A DNA stretch of 64,000 nt, from NCBI GenBank assembly GCA_964016885.1, contig OZ024740.1, positions 442,680,001 to 442,744,000 on the forward strand, in the 5' to 3' direction. Positions 38,901 through 53,900 of this stretch are shown here, piece by piece (positions within the stretch are counted from its first letter, which is position 1; every line of letters starts with the position of its first letter). The stretch comes from Eledone cirrhosa (taxonomy: Eukaryota). The translations under genes and the position numbers were made by a program. Under the pieces are notes generated by a model that ran no database searches, was not told where the DNA came from, and saw only the letters and a list, made by a program, of their open reading frames with translations.

Positions 38901-41900
38901 CCAGGGCAAGTAAACCCCGTTATATACCGAGTGTCTTCCTGAAACCCAGGGCAAGTAAACTCCGTTATATACCGAGTGTCTTCCTGACACCCAAGGCAAG
39001 TAAACCCCGTTATATACCGAGTGTCTTCCTGACACCCAGGGCAAGTAATCTCCTTTATATATCAAGTGTCTTTCTGACACCCAGGGCAAGTAAACCCCGT
39101 TATATACCGAGTGTCTTCCTGACACCCAGGGCAAGTAAACCCCGTTATATACCGAGTGTCTTCCTGACACCCAGGGCAAGTAAACCCCGTTATATACCGA
39201 GTGTCTTCCTGACACACAGGGCAAGTAATCTCCTTTATATATCAAGTGTCTTTCTGACACCCAGGGCAAGTAAACCCCGTTATATAGCGAGTGTCTTCTT
39301 GACACCCAGGGCAAGTAAACCCCGTTATATACCGAGTGTCTTCCTGACACCCAGGGCAAGTAAACCCCGTTATATACCGAGTGTCTTCCTGACACCCAGG
39401 GCAAGTAAACCCCGTTATATACCGAGTGTCTTCCTGACACCCAGGGAAAGTAAACCCCGTTATAGACCCAGTGTCTTCCTGACACCCAGGGCAAGTAAAC
39501 CCCGTTATATACCGAGTGTCTTCCTGACGACCAGGGCAAGTAAACCCCATTATATACCGAGTGCCTTCCTGACACCCAGGGCAAGTAAACGCCGTTATAT
39601 ACCGAGTGTCTTCCTTACACCCAAGGCAAGCAAACTCCGTTATATACCGAGTGTCTTCCTGACACCCAGGGCAAGTAAACCCCGTTATATACCGAGTGTC
39701 TTCCTGACACCCAGGGCAAGTAAACCCCGTTATATACCGAGTGTCTTCCTGACACCCAAGGCAAGTAAACTCCGTTATATACCGAGTGTCTTCCTGACAC
39801 CCAGGGCAAGTAAACCCCGTTATATACCGAGTGACTTCCTGACACCCAGGGCAAGTAAACCCCGTTATATACCGAGTATCTTCCTGACACCCAGGGCAAG
39901 TAATCCCCTTTATATATCGAGTGTCTTTCTGACACCCAGGGCAAGTAAACCCCGTTATATACCGAGTGTCTTCCTGACACCCAGGGCAAGTAAACCCCGT
40001 TATATACCGAGTGTCTTCCTGACACCCAAGGCAAGTAAACTCTGTTATATACCGAGTGTCTTCCTGACACCCAGGGCAAGTAAACCCCGTTATATACCAA
40101 GTGTCTTCCTGACACCCAGGGCAAGTAAACCCCGTTATATACTGAGTGTCTTCCTGACACCCAGGGCAAGTAATCTCCTTTATATATCGAGTGTCTTTCT
40201 GACACCCAGGGCAAGTAAACCCCGTTATATACCGAGTGTCTTCCTGACACCCAGGGCAAGTAAACCCCGTTATATACCGAGTGTCTTCCTGACACCCAAG
40301 GCAAGTAAACTCCGTTATATACCGAGTGTCTTCCTGACACCCAGGGCAAGTAAACCCCGTTATATACCGAGTGTCTTCCTGACACCCAGGGCAAGTAAAC
40401 CCCGTTATATACGGAGTGTCTTCCTGACACCCAGGGCAAGTAATCTCCTTTATATATCAAGTGTCTTTCTGACACCCAGGGCAAGTAAACCCCGTTATAT
40501 ACCGAGTGTCTTCCTGACACCCAGGGCAAGTAAACCCCGTTATATATCGAGTGTCTTCCTGACACCCAAGGCAAGTAAACTCCGTTATATACCGAGTGTC
40601 TTCCTGACACCCAGGGCAAGTAAACCCCGTTATATACCGAGTGTCTTCCTGACACCCAGGGCAAGTAAACCCCGTTATATACCGAGTGTCTTCCTGACAC
40701 CCAAGGCAAGTAAACTCCGTTATATACCGAGTGTCTTCCTGACACCCAGGGCAAGTAAACCCCGTTATATACCGAGTGTCTTCCTGACACCCAGGGCAAG
40801 TAAACCCCGTTATATACGGAGTGTCTTCCTGACACCCAGGGCAAGTAAACCCCGTTATATACCGAGTGTCTTCCTGAAACCCAGGGCAAGTAAACTCCGT
40901 TATATACCGAGTGTCTTCCTGACACCCAAGGCAAGTAAACCCCGTTATATACCGAGTGTCTTCCTGACACCCAGGGCAAGTAATCTCCTTTATATATCAA
41001 GTGTCTTTCTGACACCCAGGGCAAGTAAACCCCGTTATATACCGAGTGTCTTCCTGACACCCAGGGCAAGTAAACCCCGTTATATACCGAGTGTCTTCCT
41101 GACACCCAGGGCAAGTAAACCCCGTTATATACCGAGTGTCTTCCTGACACACAGGGCAAGTAATCTCCTTTATATATCAAGTGTCTTTCTGACACCCAGG
41201 GCAAGTAAACCCCGTTATATAGCGAGTGTCTTCTTGACACCCAGGGCAAGTAAACCCCGTTATATACCGAGTGTCTTCCTGACACCCAGGGCAAGTAAAC
41301 CCCGTTATATACCGAGTGTCTTCCTGACACCCAGGGCAAGTAAACCCCGTTATATACCGAGTGTCTTCCTGACACCCAGGGCAAGTAAACCCCGTTATAG
41401 ACCCAGTGTCTTCCTGACACCCAGGGCAAGTAAACCCCGTTATATACCGAGTGTCTTCCTGACGACCAGGGCAAGTAAACCCCATTATATACCGAGTGCC
41501 TTCCTGACACCCAGGGCAAGTAAACGCCGTTATATACCGAGTGTCTTCCTTACACCCAAGGCAAGCAAACTCCGTTATATACCGAGTGTCTTCCTGACAC
41601 CCAGGGCAAGTAAACCCCGTTATATACCGAGTGTCTTCCTGACACCCAGGGCAAGTAAACCCCGTTATATACCGAGTGTCTTCCTGACACCCAAGGCAAG
41701 TAAACTCCGTTATATACCGAGTGTCTTCCTGACACCCGAGGCAAGTAAACTCCGTTATATACCGAGTGTCTTCCTGACACCCAGGGCAAGTAATCTGCTT
41801 TATATATCAAGTGTCTTCCTGACACCCAGGGCAATTAAACCCCGTTATATACCGAGTGTCTTTCTGACACCCAAGGCAAGTAAACTCCGTTATATACCGA

Positions 41901-44900
41901 GTGTCTTCCTGACACCCAGGGCAAGTAAACCCCGTTATATACCGAGTGTCTTCCTGACACCCAGGGCAAGTAAACCCCGTTATATACCGAGTGTCTTCCT
42001 GACACCCAGGGCAAGTAAACCCCGTTATATACCGAGTGTCTTCCTGACACCCAGGGCAAGTAAACCCCGTTATATACCAAGTGTCTTCCTGACACCCAGG
42101 GCAAGTAAACTCCGATATATACCGAGTGTCTTCCTGACACCCAGGGCAAGTAAACTCCGTTATATACCGAGTGTCTTCCTGACACCCAGGGCAAGTAAAC
42201 CCCGTTATATACCGAGTGTCTTCCTGACACCCAGGGCAAGTAAACCCCGTTATATACCGAGTGTCTTTCTGTCACCCAGGGCAAGTAAACTCCGTTAGAT
42301 AGCGAGAGTCTTCCTGACACCCAGGGCAAGTAAACCCCGTTATATACCGAGTGTCTTCCTGACACCCAGGGCAAGTAATCTCCTTTATATATCAAGTGTC
42401 TTTCTGACACCCAGGGCAAGTAAACCCCGTTATATACCGAGTGTCTTCCTGACACCCAGGGCAAGTAAACCCCGTTATATACCGAGTGTCTTCCTGACAC
42501 CCAAGGCAAGTAAACCCCGTTATATACCGAGTGTCTTCCTGACACCCAGGGCAAGTAAACCCCGTTATATACCGAGTGTCTTCCTGACACCCAGGGCAGG
42601 TAAACCCCGTTATATACCGAGTGTCTTCCTGACACCCGGGGCAAGTAATCTCCTTTATATATCAAGTGTCTTTCTGACACCCAGGGCTAGTAAACCCCGT
42701 TATATACCGAGTGTCTTCTTGACACCCAGGGCAAGTAAACCCCGTTATATATCGAGTGTCTTCCTGACACCCAAGGCAAGTAAACTCCGTTATATACCAA
42801 GTGTCTTCCTGACACCCAGGGCAAGTAAACCCCGTTATATACCGAGTGTCTTCCTGACACCCAGGGCAAGTAAACCCCGTTATATACCGAGTGTCTTCCT
42901 GACACCCAAGGCAAGTAAACTCCGTTATATACCGAGTGTCTTCCTGACACCCAGGGCAAGTAATCTCCTTTATATATCAAGTGTCTTCCTGACACCCAGG
43001 GCAATTAAACCCCGTTATATACCGAGTGTCTTCCTGACACCCAAGGCAAGTAAACTCCGTTATATACCGAGTGTCTTCCTGACACCCAGGGCAAGTAAAC
43101 CCCGTTATATACCGAGTGTATTCCTGACACCCAGGGCAAGTAAACCCCGTTATATACCGAGTGTCTTCCTGACACCCAGGGCAAGTAAACCCCGTTATAT
43201 ACCGAGTGTCTTCCTGACACCCAGGGCAAGTAAACCCCGTTATATACCGAGTGTCTTCCTGACACCCAGGGCAAGTAAACCCCGTTATATACCGAGTGTC
43301 TTCCTGACACCCAGGGCAAGTAAACCCCGTTATATACCGAGTGTCTTCCTGACACCCAGGGCAAGTAAACCCCGTTATATACCGAGTGTCTTCCTGACAC
43401 CCAGGGCAAGTAAACCCCGTTATATACCGAGTGTCTTTCTGACACCCAAGGCAAGTAAACTCCTATATATACCGAGTGTCTTCCTGATACCCAGGGCAAG
43501 TAAACCCCGTTATATACCGAGTGTCTTCCTGACACCCAGGGCAAGTAAACCCCGTTATATACCGAGTGTCTTCCTGACACCCAGGGCAAGTAATCTCCTT
43601 TATATATCGAGTGTCTTTCTGACACCCAGGGCAAGTAAACCCCGTTATATACCGAGTGTCTTCCTGACACCCAGGGCAAGTAAACCCCGTTATATACCGA
43701 GTGTCTTCCTGACACCCAAGGCAGGTAAACTCCGTTATATACCGAGTGTCTTCCTGACACCCAGGGCAAGTAAACCCCGTTATATACCGAGTGACTTCCT
43801 GACACCCAGGGCAAGTAAACCCCGTTATATACCGAGTGTCTTCCTGACACCCAGGGCAAGTAATCTCCTTTACATATCAAGTGTCTTTCTGACACCCAGG
43901 GCAAGTAAACCCCGTTATATACCGAGTGTCTTCCTGACACCCAGGGCAAGTAAACCACGTTATATATCGAGTGTCTTCCTGACACCCAAGGCAAGTAAAC
44001 TCCGTTATATACCAAGTGTCTTCCTGACACCCAGGGCAAGTAAACCCCGTTATATACCGAGTGTCTTCCTGACACCCAGGGCAAGTAAACCCCGTTATAT
44101 ACCGAGTGTCTTCCTGACACCCAGGGCAATTAAACCCCGTTATATACCGAGTGTCTTCCTGACACCCAAGGCAGGTAAACTCCGTTATATACCGAGTGTC
44201 TTCCTGACACCCAGGGCATGTAAACCCCGTTATATACCGAGTGTCTTCCTGACACCCAGGGCAAGTAAACCCCGTTATATACCGAGTGTCTTCCTGACAC
44301 CCAGTGCAAGTAAACCCCGTTATATACCGTGTGTCTTCCTGACACCCAGGGCAAGTAAACCCCGTTATATACCGAGTGTCTTCCTGACACCCAGGGCAAG
44401 TAAACCCCGTTATATAACGAGTGTCTTCCTGACACCCAGGGCAAGTAATCCCCTTTATATATCGAGTGTCTTTCTGACACCCAGGGCAAGTAAACCCCGT
44501 TATATACCGAGTGTCTTCCTGACACCCAGGGCAAGTAAACCCCGTTATATACCGAGTGTCTTCCTGACACCCAAGGCAAGTAAACTCTGTTATATACCGA
44601 GTGTCTTCCTGACACCCAGGGCAAGTAAACCCCGTTATATACCATGTGTCTTCCTGACACCCAGGGCAAGTAAACCCCGTTATATACTGAGTGTCTTCCT
44701 GACAACCAGGGCAAGTAATCTCCTTTATATATCGAGTGTCTTTCTGACACCCAGGGCAAGTAAAGCCCGTTATATACCGAGTGTCTTCCTGACACCCAGG
44801 GCAAGTAAACCCCGTTATATACCGAGTGTCTTCCTGACATCCAAGGCAAGTAAACTCCGTTATATACCGAGTGTCTTCCTGACACCCAGGGCAAGTAAAC

Positions 44901-47900
44901 CCCGTTATATACCGAGTGTCTTCCTGACACCCAGGGCAAGTAAACCCCGTTATATACGGAGTGTCTTCCTGACACCCAGGGCAAGTAATCTCCTTTATAT
45001 ATCAAGTGTCTTTCTGACACCCAGGGCAAGTAAACCCCGTTATATACCGAGTGTCTTCCTGACACCCAGGGCAAGTAAACCCCGTTATATATCGAGTGTC
45101 TTCCTGACACCCAAGGCAAGTAAACTCCGTTATATACCAAGTGTCTTCCTGACACCCAGGGCAAGTAAACCCCGTTATATACCGAATGTCTTCCTGACAC
45201 CCAGGGCAAGTAAACCCCGTTATATACCGAGTGTCTTCCTGACACCCGAGGCAAGTAAACTCCGTTATATACCGAGTGTCTTCCTGACACCCAGGGCAAG
45301 TAATCTGCTTTATATATCAAGTGTCTTCCTGACACCCAGGGCAATTAAACCCCGTTATATACCGGGTGTCTTTCTGACACCCAAGGCAAGTAAACTCCGT
45401 TATATACCGAGTGTCTTCCTGACACCCAGGGCAAGTAAACCCCGTTATATACCGAGTGTCTTCCTGACACCCAGGGCAAGTAAACCCCGTTATATACCGA
45501 GTGTCTTCCTGACACCCAGGGCAAGTAAACCCCGTTATATACCGAGTGTCTTCCTGACACCCAAGGCAAGTAAACCCCGTTATATACCAAGTGTCTTCCT
45601 GACACCCAGGGCAAGTAAACTCCGATATATACCGAGTGTCTTCCTGACACCCAGGGCAAGTAAACTCCGTTATATACCGAGTGTCTTCCTGACACCCAGG
45701 GCAAGTAAACCCCGTTATATACCGAGTGTCTTCCTGACACCCAGGGCAAGTAAACCCCGTTATATACCGAGTGTCTTTCTGTCACCCAGGGCAAGTAAAC
45801 TCCGTTAGATACCGAGAGTCTTCCTGACACCCAGGGCAAGTAAACCCCGTTATATACCGAGTGTCTTCCTGACACCCAGGGCAAGTAATCTCCTTTATAT
45901 ATCAAGTGTCTTTCTGACACCCAGGGCAAGTAAACCCCGTTATATACCGAGTGTCTTCCTGACACCCAGGGCAAGTAAACCCCGTTATATACCGAGTGTC
46001 TTCCTGACACCCAAGGCAAGTAAACCCCGTTATATACCGAGTGTCTTCCTGACACCCAGGGCAAGTAAACCCCGTTATATACCGAGTGTCTTCCTGACAC
46101 CCAGGGCAGGTAAACCCCGTTATATACCGAGTGTCTTCCTGACACCCAGGGCAAGTAATCTCCTTTATATATCAAGTGTCTTTCTGACACCCAGGGCAAG
46201 TAAACCCCGTTATATACCGAGTGTCTTCCTGACACCCAGGGCAAGTAAACCCCGTTATATATCGAGTGTCTTCCTGACACCCAAGGCAAGTAAACTCCGT
46301 TATATACCAAGTGTCTTCCTGACACCCAGGGCAAGTAAACCCCGTTATATACCGAGTGTCTTCCTGACACCCAGGGCAAGTAAACCCCGTTATATACCGA
46401 GTGTCTTCCTGACACCCAGGGCAAGTAAACCCCGTTATATACCGAGTGTCTTCCTGACACCCAGGGCAAGTAAACCCCGTTATATACCGAGTGTCTTTCT
46501 GACACCCAAGGCAAGTAAACTCCTATATATACCGAGTGTCTTCCTGATACCCAGGGCAAGTAAACCCCGTTATATACCGAGTGTCTTCCTGACACCCAGG
46601 GCAAGTAAACCCCGTTATATACCGAGTGTCTTCCTGACACCCAGGGCAAGTAATCTCCTTTATATATCGAGTGTCTTTCTGACACCCAGGGCAAGTAAAC
46701 CCCGTTATATACCGAGTGTCTTCCTGACACCCAGGGCAAGTAAACCCCGTTATATACCGAGTGTCTTCCTGAGACCCAAGGCAGGTAAACTCCGTTATAT
46801 ACCGAGTGTCTTCCTGACACCCAGGGCAAGTAAACCCCGTTATATACCGAGTGACTTCCTGACACCCAGGGCAAGTAAACCCCGTTATATACCGAGTGTC
46901 TTCCTGACACCCAGGGCAAGTAAACCCCGTTATATACCGAGTGTCTTCCTGACACCCAGGGCAATTAAACCCCGTTATATACCGAGTGTCTTCCTGACAC
47001 CCAAGGCAGGTAAACTCCGTTATATACCGAGTGTCTTCCTGACACCCAGGGCATGTAAACCCCGTTATATACCGAGTGTCTTCCTGACACCCAGGGCAAG
47101 TAAACCCCGTTATATACCGAGTGTCTTCCTGACACCCAGTGCAAGTAAACCCCGTTATATACCGTGTGTCTTCCTGACACCCAGGGCAAGTAAACCCCGT
47201 TATATACCGAGTGTCTTCCTGACACCCAGGGCAAGTAAACCCCGTTATATAACGAGTGTCTTCCTGACACCCAGGGCAAGTAATCCCCTTTATATATCGA
47301 GTGTCTTTCTGACACCCAGGGCAAGTAAACCCCGTTATATACCGAGTGTCTTCCTGACACCCAGGGCAAGTAAACCCCGTTATATACCGAGTGTCTTCCT
47401 GACACCCAAGGCAAGTAAACTCTGTTATATACCGAGTGTCTTCCTGACACCCAGGGCAAGTAAACCCCGTTATATACCATGTGTCTTCCTGACACCCAGG
47501 GCAAGTAAACCCCGTTATATACTGAGTGTCTTCCTGACACCCAGGGCAAGTAATCTCCTTTATATATCGAGTGTCTTTCTGACACCCAGGGCAAGTAAAG
47601 CCCGTTATATACCGAGTGTCTTCCTGACACCCAGGGCAAGTAAACCCCGTTATATACCGAGTGTCTTCCTGACATCCAAGGCAAGTAAACTCCGTTATAT
47701 ACCGAGTGTCTTCCTGACACCCAGGGCAAGTAAACCCCGTTATATACCGAGTGTCTTCCTGACACCCAGGGCAAGTAAACCCCGTTATATACGGAGTGTC
47801 TTCCTGACACCCAGGGCAAGTAATCTCCTTTATATATCAAGTGTCTTTCTGACACCCAGGGCAAGTAAACCCCGTTATATACCGAGTGTCTTCCTGACAC

Positions 47901-50900
47901 CCAGGGCAAGTAAACCCCGTTATATATCGAGTGTCTTCCTGACACCCAAGGCAAGTAAACTCCGTTATATACCAAGTGTCTTCCTGACACCCAGGGCAAG
48001 TAAACCCCGTTATATACCGAATGTCTTCCTGACACCCAGGGCAAGTAAACCCCGTTATATACCGAGTGTCTTCCTGACACCCGAGGCAAGTAAACTCCGT
48101 TATATACCGAGTGTCTTCCTGACACCCAGGGCAAGTAATCTGCTTTATATATCAAGTGTCTTCCTGACACCCAGGGCAATTAAACCCCGTTATATACCGA
48201 GTGTCTTTCTGACACCCAAGGCAAGTAAACTCCGTTATATACCGAGTGTCTTCCTGACACCCAGGGCAAGTAAACCCCGTTATATACCGAGTGTCTTCCT
48301 GACACCCAGGGCAAGTAAACCCCGTTATATACCGAGTGTCTTCCTGACACCCAGGGCAAGTAAACCCCGTTATATACCGAGTGTCTTCCTGACACCCAAG
48401 GCAAGTAAACCCCGTTATATACCAAGTGTCTTCCTGACACCCAGGGCAAGTAAACTCCGATATATACCGAGTGTCTTCCTGACACCCAGGGCAAGTAAAC
48501 TCCGTTATATACCGAGTGTCTTCCTGACACCCAGGGCAAGTAAACCCCGTTATATACCGAGTGTCTTCCTGACACCCAGGGCAAGTAAACCCCGTTATAT
48601 ACCGAGTGTCTTTCTGTCACCCAGGGCAAGTAAACTCCGTTAGATACCGAGAGTCTTCCTGACACCCAGGGCAAGTAAACCCCGTTATATACCGAGTGTC
48701 TTCCTGACACCCAGGGCAAGTAATCTCCTTTATATATCAAGTGTCTTTCTGACACCCAGGGCAAGTAAACCCCGTTATATACCGAGTGTCTTCCTGACAC
48801 CCAGGGCAAGTAAACCCCGTTATATACCGAGTGTCTTCCTGACACCCAAGGCAAGTAAACCCCGTTATATACCGAGTGTCTTCCTGACACCCAGGGCAAG
48901 TAAACCCCGTTATATACCGAGTGTCTTCCTGACACCCAGGGCAGGTAAACCCCGTTATATACCGAGTGTCTTCCTGACACCCAGGGCAAGTAATCTCCTT
49001 TATATATCAAGTGTCTTTCTGACACCCAGGGCAAGTAAACCCCGTTATATACCGAGTGTCTTCCTGACACCCAGGGCAAGTAAACCCCGTTATATATCGA
49101 GTGTCTTCCTGACACCCAAGGCAAGTAAACTCCGTTATATACCAAGTGTCTTCCTGACACCCAGGGCAAGTAAACCCCGTTATATACCGAGTGTCTTCCT
49201 GACACCCAGGGCAAGTAAACCCCGTTATATACCGAGTGTCTTCCTGACACCCAGGGCAAGTAAACCCCGTTATATACCGAGTGTCTTCCTGACACCCAGG
49301 GCAAGTAAACCCCGTTATATACCGAGTGTCTTTCTGACACCCAAGGCAAGTAAACTCCTATATATACCGAGTGTCTTCCTGATACCCAGGGCAAGTAAAC
49401 CCCGTTATATACCGAGTGTCTTCCTGACACCCAGGGCAAGTAAACCCCGTTATATACCGAGTGTCTTCCTGACACCCAGGGCAAGTAATCTCCTTTATAT
49501 ATCGAGTGTCTTTCTGACACCCAGGGCAAGTAAACCCCGTTATATACCGAGTGTCTTCCTGACACCCAGGGCAAGTAAACCCCGTTATATACCGAGTGTC
49601 TTCCTGAGACCCAAGGCAGGTAAACTCCGTTATATACCGAGTGTCTTCCTGACACCCAGGGCAAGTAAACCCCGTTATATACCGAGTGACTTCCTGACAC
49701 CCAGGGCAAGTAAACCCCGTTATATACCGAGTGTCTTCCTGACACCCAGGGCAAGTAATCTCCTTTACATATCAAGTGTCTTTCTGACACCCAGGGCAAG
49801 TAAACCCCGTTATATACCGAGTGTCTTCCTGACACCCAGGGCAAGTAAACCCCGTTATATATCGAGTGTCTTCCTGACACCCAAGGCAAGTAAACTCCGT
49901 TATATACCAAGTGTCTTCCTGACACCCAGGGCAAGTAAACCCCGTTATATACCGAGTGTCTTCCTGACACCCAGGGCAAGTAAACCCCGTTATATACCGA
50001 GTGTCTTCCTGACACCCAGGGCAATTAAACCCCGTTATATACCGAGTGTCTTCCTGACACCCAAGGCAGGTAAACTCCGTTATATACCGAGTGTCTTCCT
50101 GACACCCAGGGCATGTAAACCCCGTTATATACCGAGTGTCTTCCTGACACCCAGGGCAAGTAAACCCCGTTATATACCGAGTGTCTTCCTGACACCCAAG
50201 GCAAGTAAACCCCGTTATATACCGTGTGTCTTCCTGACACCCAGGGCAAGTAAACCCCGTTATATACCGAGTGTCTTCCTGACACCCAGGGCAAGTAAAC
50301 CCCGTTATATAACGAGTGTCTTCCTGACACCCAGGGCAAGTAAACCCCGTTATATACCGAGTGTCTTCCTGACACCCAGGGCAAGTAAACCCCGTTATAT
50401 ACCGAGTGTCTTCCTGACACCCAAGGCAAGTAAACTCCGTTATATACCGAGTGTCTTCCTGACACCCAGGGCAAGTAAACCCCGTTATATACCGAGTGTC
50501 TTCCTGACAGCCAAGGCAAGTAAACTCCGTTATATACCGAGTGTCTTCCTGACACCCAGGGCAAGTAAACCCCGTTATATACCGAGTGTCTTCCTGACAC
50601 CCAGGGCAAGTAAACCCCGTTATATACCGAGTGTCTTCCTGACACCCAGGGCAAGTAAACCCCGTTATATACCGAGTGTCTTCTTGACACCCAGGGCAAG
50701 TAAACCCCGTTATATATCATGTGTCTTCCTGACACCCAGGGCAAGTAAACCCCGTTATATACCGAGTGTCTTCCTGACACCCAGGGCAAGTAAACCCCGT
50801 TATATACCGAGTGTCTTCCTGACACCCAGGGCAAGTAAACCCCGTTATATACCGAGTGTCTTTCTGACACCCAAGGCAAGTAAACTCCTATATATACCGA

Positions 50901-53900
50901 GTGTCTTCCTGATACCCAGGGCAAGTAAACCCCGTTATATACCGAGTGTCTTCCTGACACCCAGGGCAAGTAAACCCCGTTATATACCGAGTGTCTTCCT
51001 GACACCCAGGGCAAGTAATCTCCTTTATATATCGAGTGTCTTTCTGACACCCAGGGCAAGTAAACCCCGTTATATACCGAGTGTCTTCCTGACACCCAGG
51101 GCAAGTAAACCCCGTTATATACCGAGTGTCTTCCTGACACCCAAGGCAGGTAAACTCCGTTATATACCGAGTGTCTTCCTGACACCCAGGGCAAGTAAAC
51201 CCCGTTATATACCGAGTGACTTCCTGACACCCAGGGCAAGTAAACCCCGTTATATACCGAGTGTCTTCCTGACACCCAGGGCAAGTAATCTCCTTTACAT
51301 ATCAAGTGTCTTTCTGACACCCAGGGCAAGTAAACCCCGTTATATACCGAGTGTCTTCCTGACACCCAGGGCAAGTAAACCCCGTTATATATCGAGTGTC
51401 TTCCTGACACCCAAGGCAAGTAAACTCCGTTATATACCAAGTGTCTTCCTGACACCCAGGGCAAGTAAACCCCGTTATATACCGAGTGTCTTCCTGACAC
51501 CCAGGGCAAGTAAACCCCGTTATATACCGAGTGTCTTCCTGACACCCAGGGCAAGTAAACCCCGTTATATACCGAGTGTCTTTCTGACACCCAAGGCAAG
51601 TAAACTCCTATATATACCGAGTGTCTTCCTGATACCCAGGGCAAGTAAACCCCGTTATATACCGAGTGTCTTCCTGACACCCAGGGCAAGTAAACCCCGT
51701 TATATACCGAGTGTCTTCCTGACACCCAGGGCAAGTAATCTCCTTTATATATCGAGTGTCTTTCTGACACCCAGGGCAAGTAAACCCCGTTATATACCGA
51801 GTGTCTTCCTGACACCCAGGGCAAGTAAACCCCGTTATATACCGAGTGTCTTCCTGACACCCAAGGCAGGTAAACTCCGTTATATACCGAGTGTCTTCCT
51901 GACACCCAGGGCAAGTAAACCCCGTTATATACCGAGTGACTTCCTGACACCCAGGGCAAGTAAACCCCGTTATATACCGAGTGTCTTCCTGACACCCAGG
52001 GCAAGTAATCTCCTTTACATATCAAGTGTCTTTCTGACACCCAGGGCAAGTAAACCCCGTTATATACCGAGTGTCTTCCTGACACCCAGGGCAAGTAAAC
52101 CCCGTTATATATCGAGTGTCTTCCTGACACCCAAGGCAAGTAAACTCCGTTATATACCAAGTGTCTTCCTGACACCCAGGGCAAGTAAACCCCGTTATAT
52201 ACCGAGTGTCTTCCTGACACCCAGGGCAAGTAAACCCCGTTATATACCGAGTGTCTTCCTGACACCCAGGGCAATTAAACCCCGTTATATACCGAGTGTC
52301 TTCCTGACACCCAAGGCAGGTAAACTCCGTTATATACCGAGTGTCTTCCTGACACCCAGGGCAAGTAAACCCCGTTATATACCGAGTGTCTTCCTGACAC
52401 CCAGGGCAAGTAAACCCCGTTATATACCGAGTGTCTTCCTGACACCCAGGGCAAGTAAACCCCGTTATATACCGTGTGTCTTCCTGACACCCAGGGCAAG
52501 TAAACCCCGTTATATACCGAGTGTCTTCCTGACACCCAGGGCAAGTAAACCCCGTTATATAACGAGTGTCTTCCTGACACCCAGGGCAAGTAATCCCCTT
52601 TATATATCGAGTGTCTTTCTGACACCCAGGGCAAGTAAACCCCGTTATATACCGAGTGTCTTCCTGACACCCAGGGCAAGTAAACCCCGTTATATACCGA
52701 GTGTCTTCCTGACACCCAAGGCAAGTAAACTCTGTTATATACCGAGTGTCTTCCTGACACCCAGGGCAAGTAAACCCCGTTATATACCAAGTGTCTTCCT
52801 GACACCCAGGGCAAGTAAACCCCGTTATATACTGAGTGTCTTCCTGACACCCAGGGCAAGTAATCTCCTTTATATATCGAGTGTCTTTCTGACACCCAGG
52901 GCAAGTAAACCCCGTTATATACCGAGTGTCTTCCTGACACCCAGGGCAAGTAAACCCCGTTATATACCGAGTGTCTTCCTGACACCCAAGGCAAGTAAAC
53001 TCCGTTATATACCGAGTGTCTTCCTGACACCCAGGGCAAGTAAACCCCGTTATATACCGAGTGTCTTCCTGACACCCAGGGCAAGTAAACCCCGTTATAT
53101 ACGGAGTGTCTTCCTGACACCCAGGGCAAGTAATCTCCTTTATATATCAAGTGTCTTTCTGACACCCAGGGCAAGTAAACCCCGTTATATACCGAGTGTC
53201 TTCCTGACACCCAGGGCAAGTAAACCCCGTTATATATCGAGTGTCTTCCTGACACCCAAGGCAAGTAAACTCCGTTATATACCAAGTGTCTTCCTGACAC
53301 CCAGGGCAAGTAAACCCCGTTATATACCGAATGTCTTCCTGACACCCAGGGCAAGTAAACCCCGTTATATACCGAGTGTCTTCCTGACACCCGAGGCAAG
53401 TAAACTCCGTTATATACCGAGTGTCTTCCTGACACCCAGGGCAAGTAATCTGCTTTATATATCAAGTGTCTTCCTGACACCCAGGGCAATTAAACCCCGT
53501 TATATACCGAGTGTCTTTCTGACACCCAAGGCAAGTAAACTCCGTTATATACCGAGTGTCTTCCTGACACCCAGGGCAAGTAAACCCCGTTATATACCGA
53601 GTGTCTTCCTGACACCCAGGGCAAGTAAACCCCGTTATATACCGAGTGTCTTCCTGACACCCAGGGCAAGTAAACCCCGTTATATACCGAGTGTCTTCCT
53701 GACACCCAGGGCAAGTAAACCCCGTTATATACCAAGTGTCTTCCTGACACCCAGGGCAAGTAAACTCCGATATATACCGAGTGTCTTCCTGACACCCAGG
53801 GCAAGTAAACTCCGTTATATACCGAGTGTCTTCCTGACACCCAGGGCAAGTAAACCCCGTTATATACCGAGTGTCTTCCTGACACCCAGGGCAAGTAAAC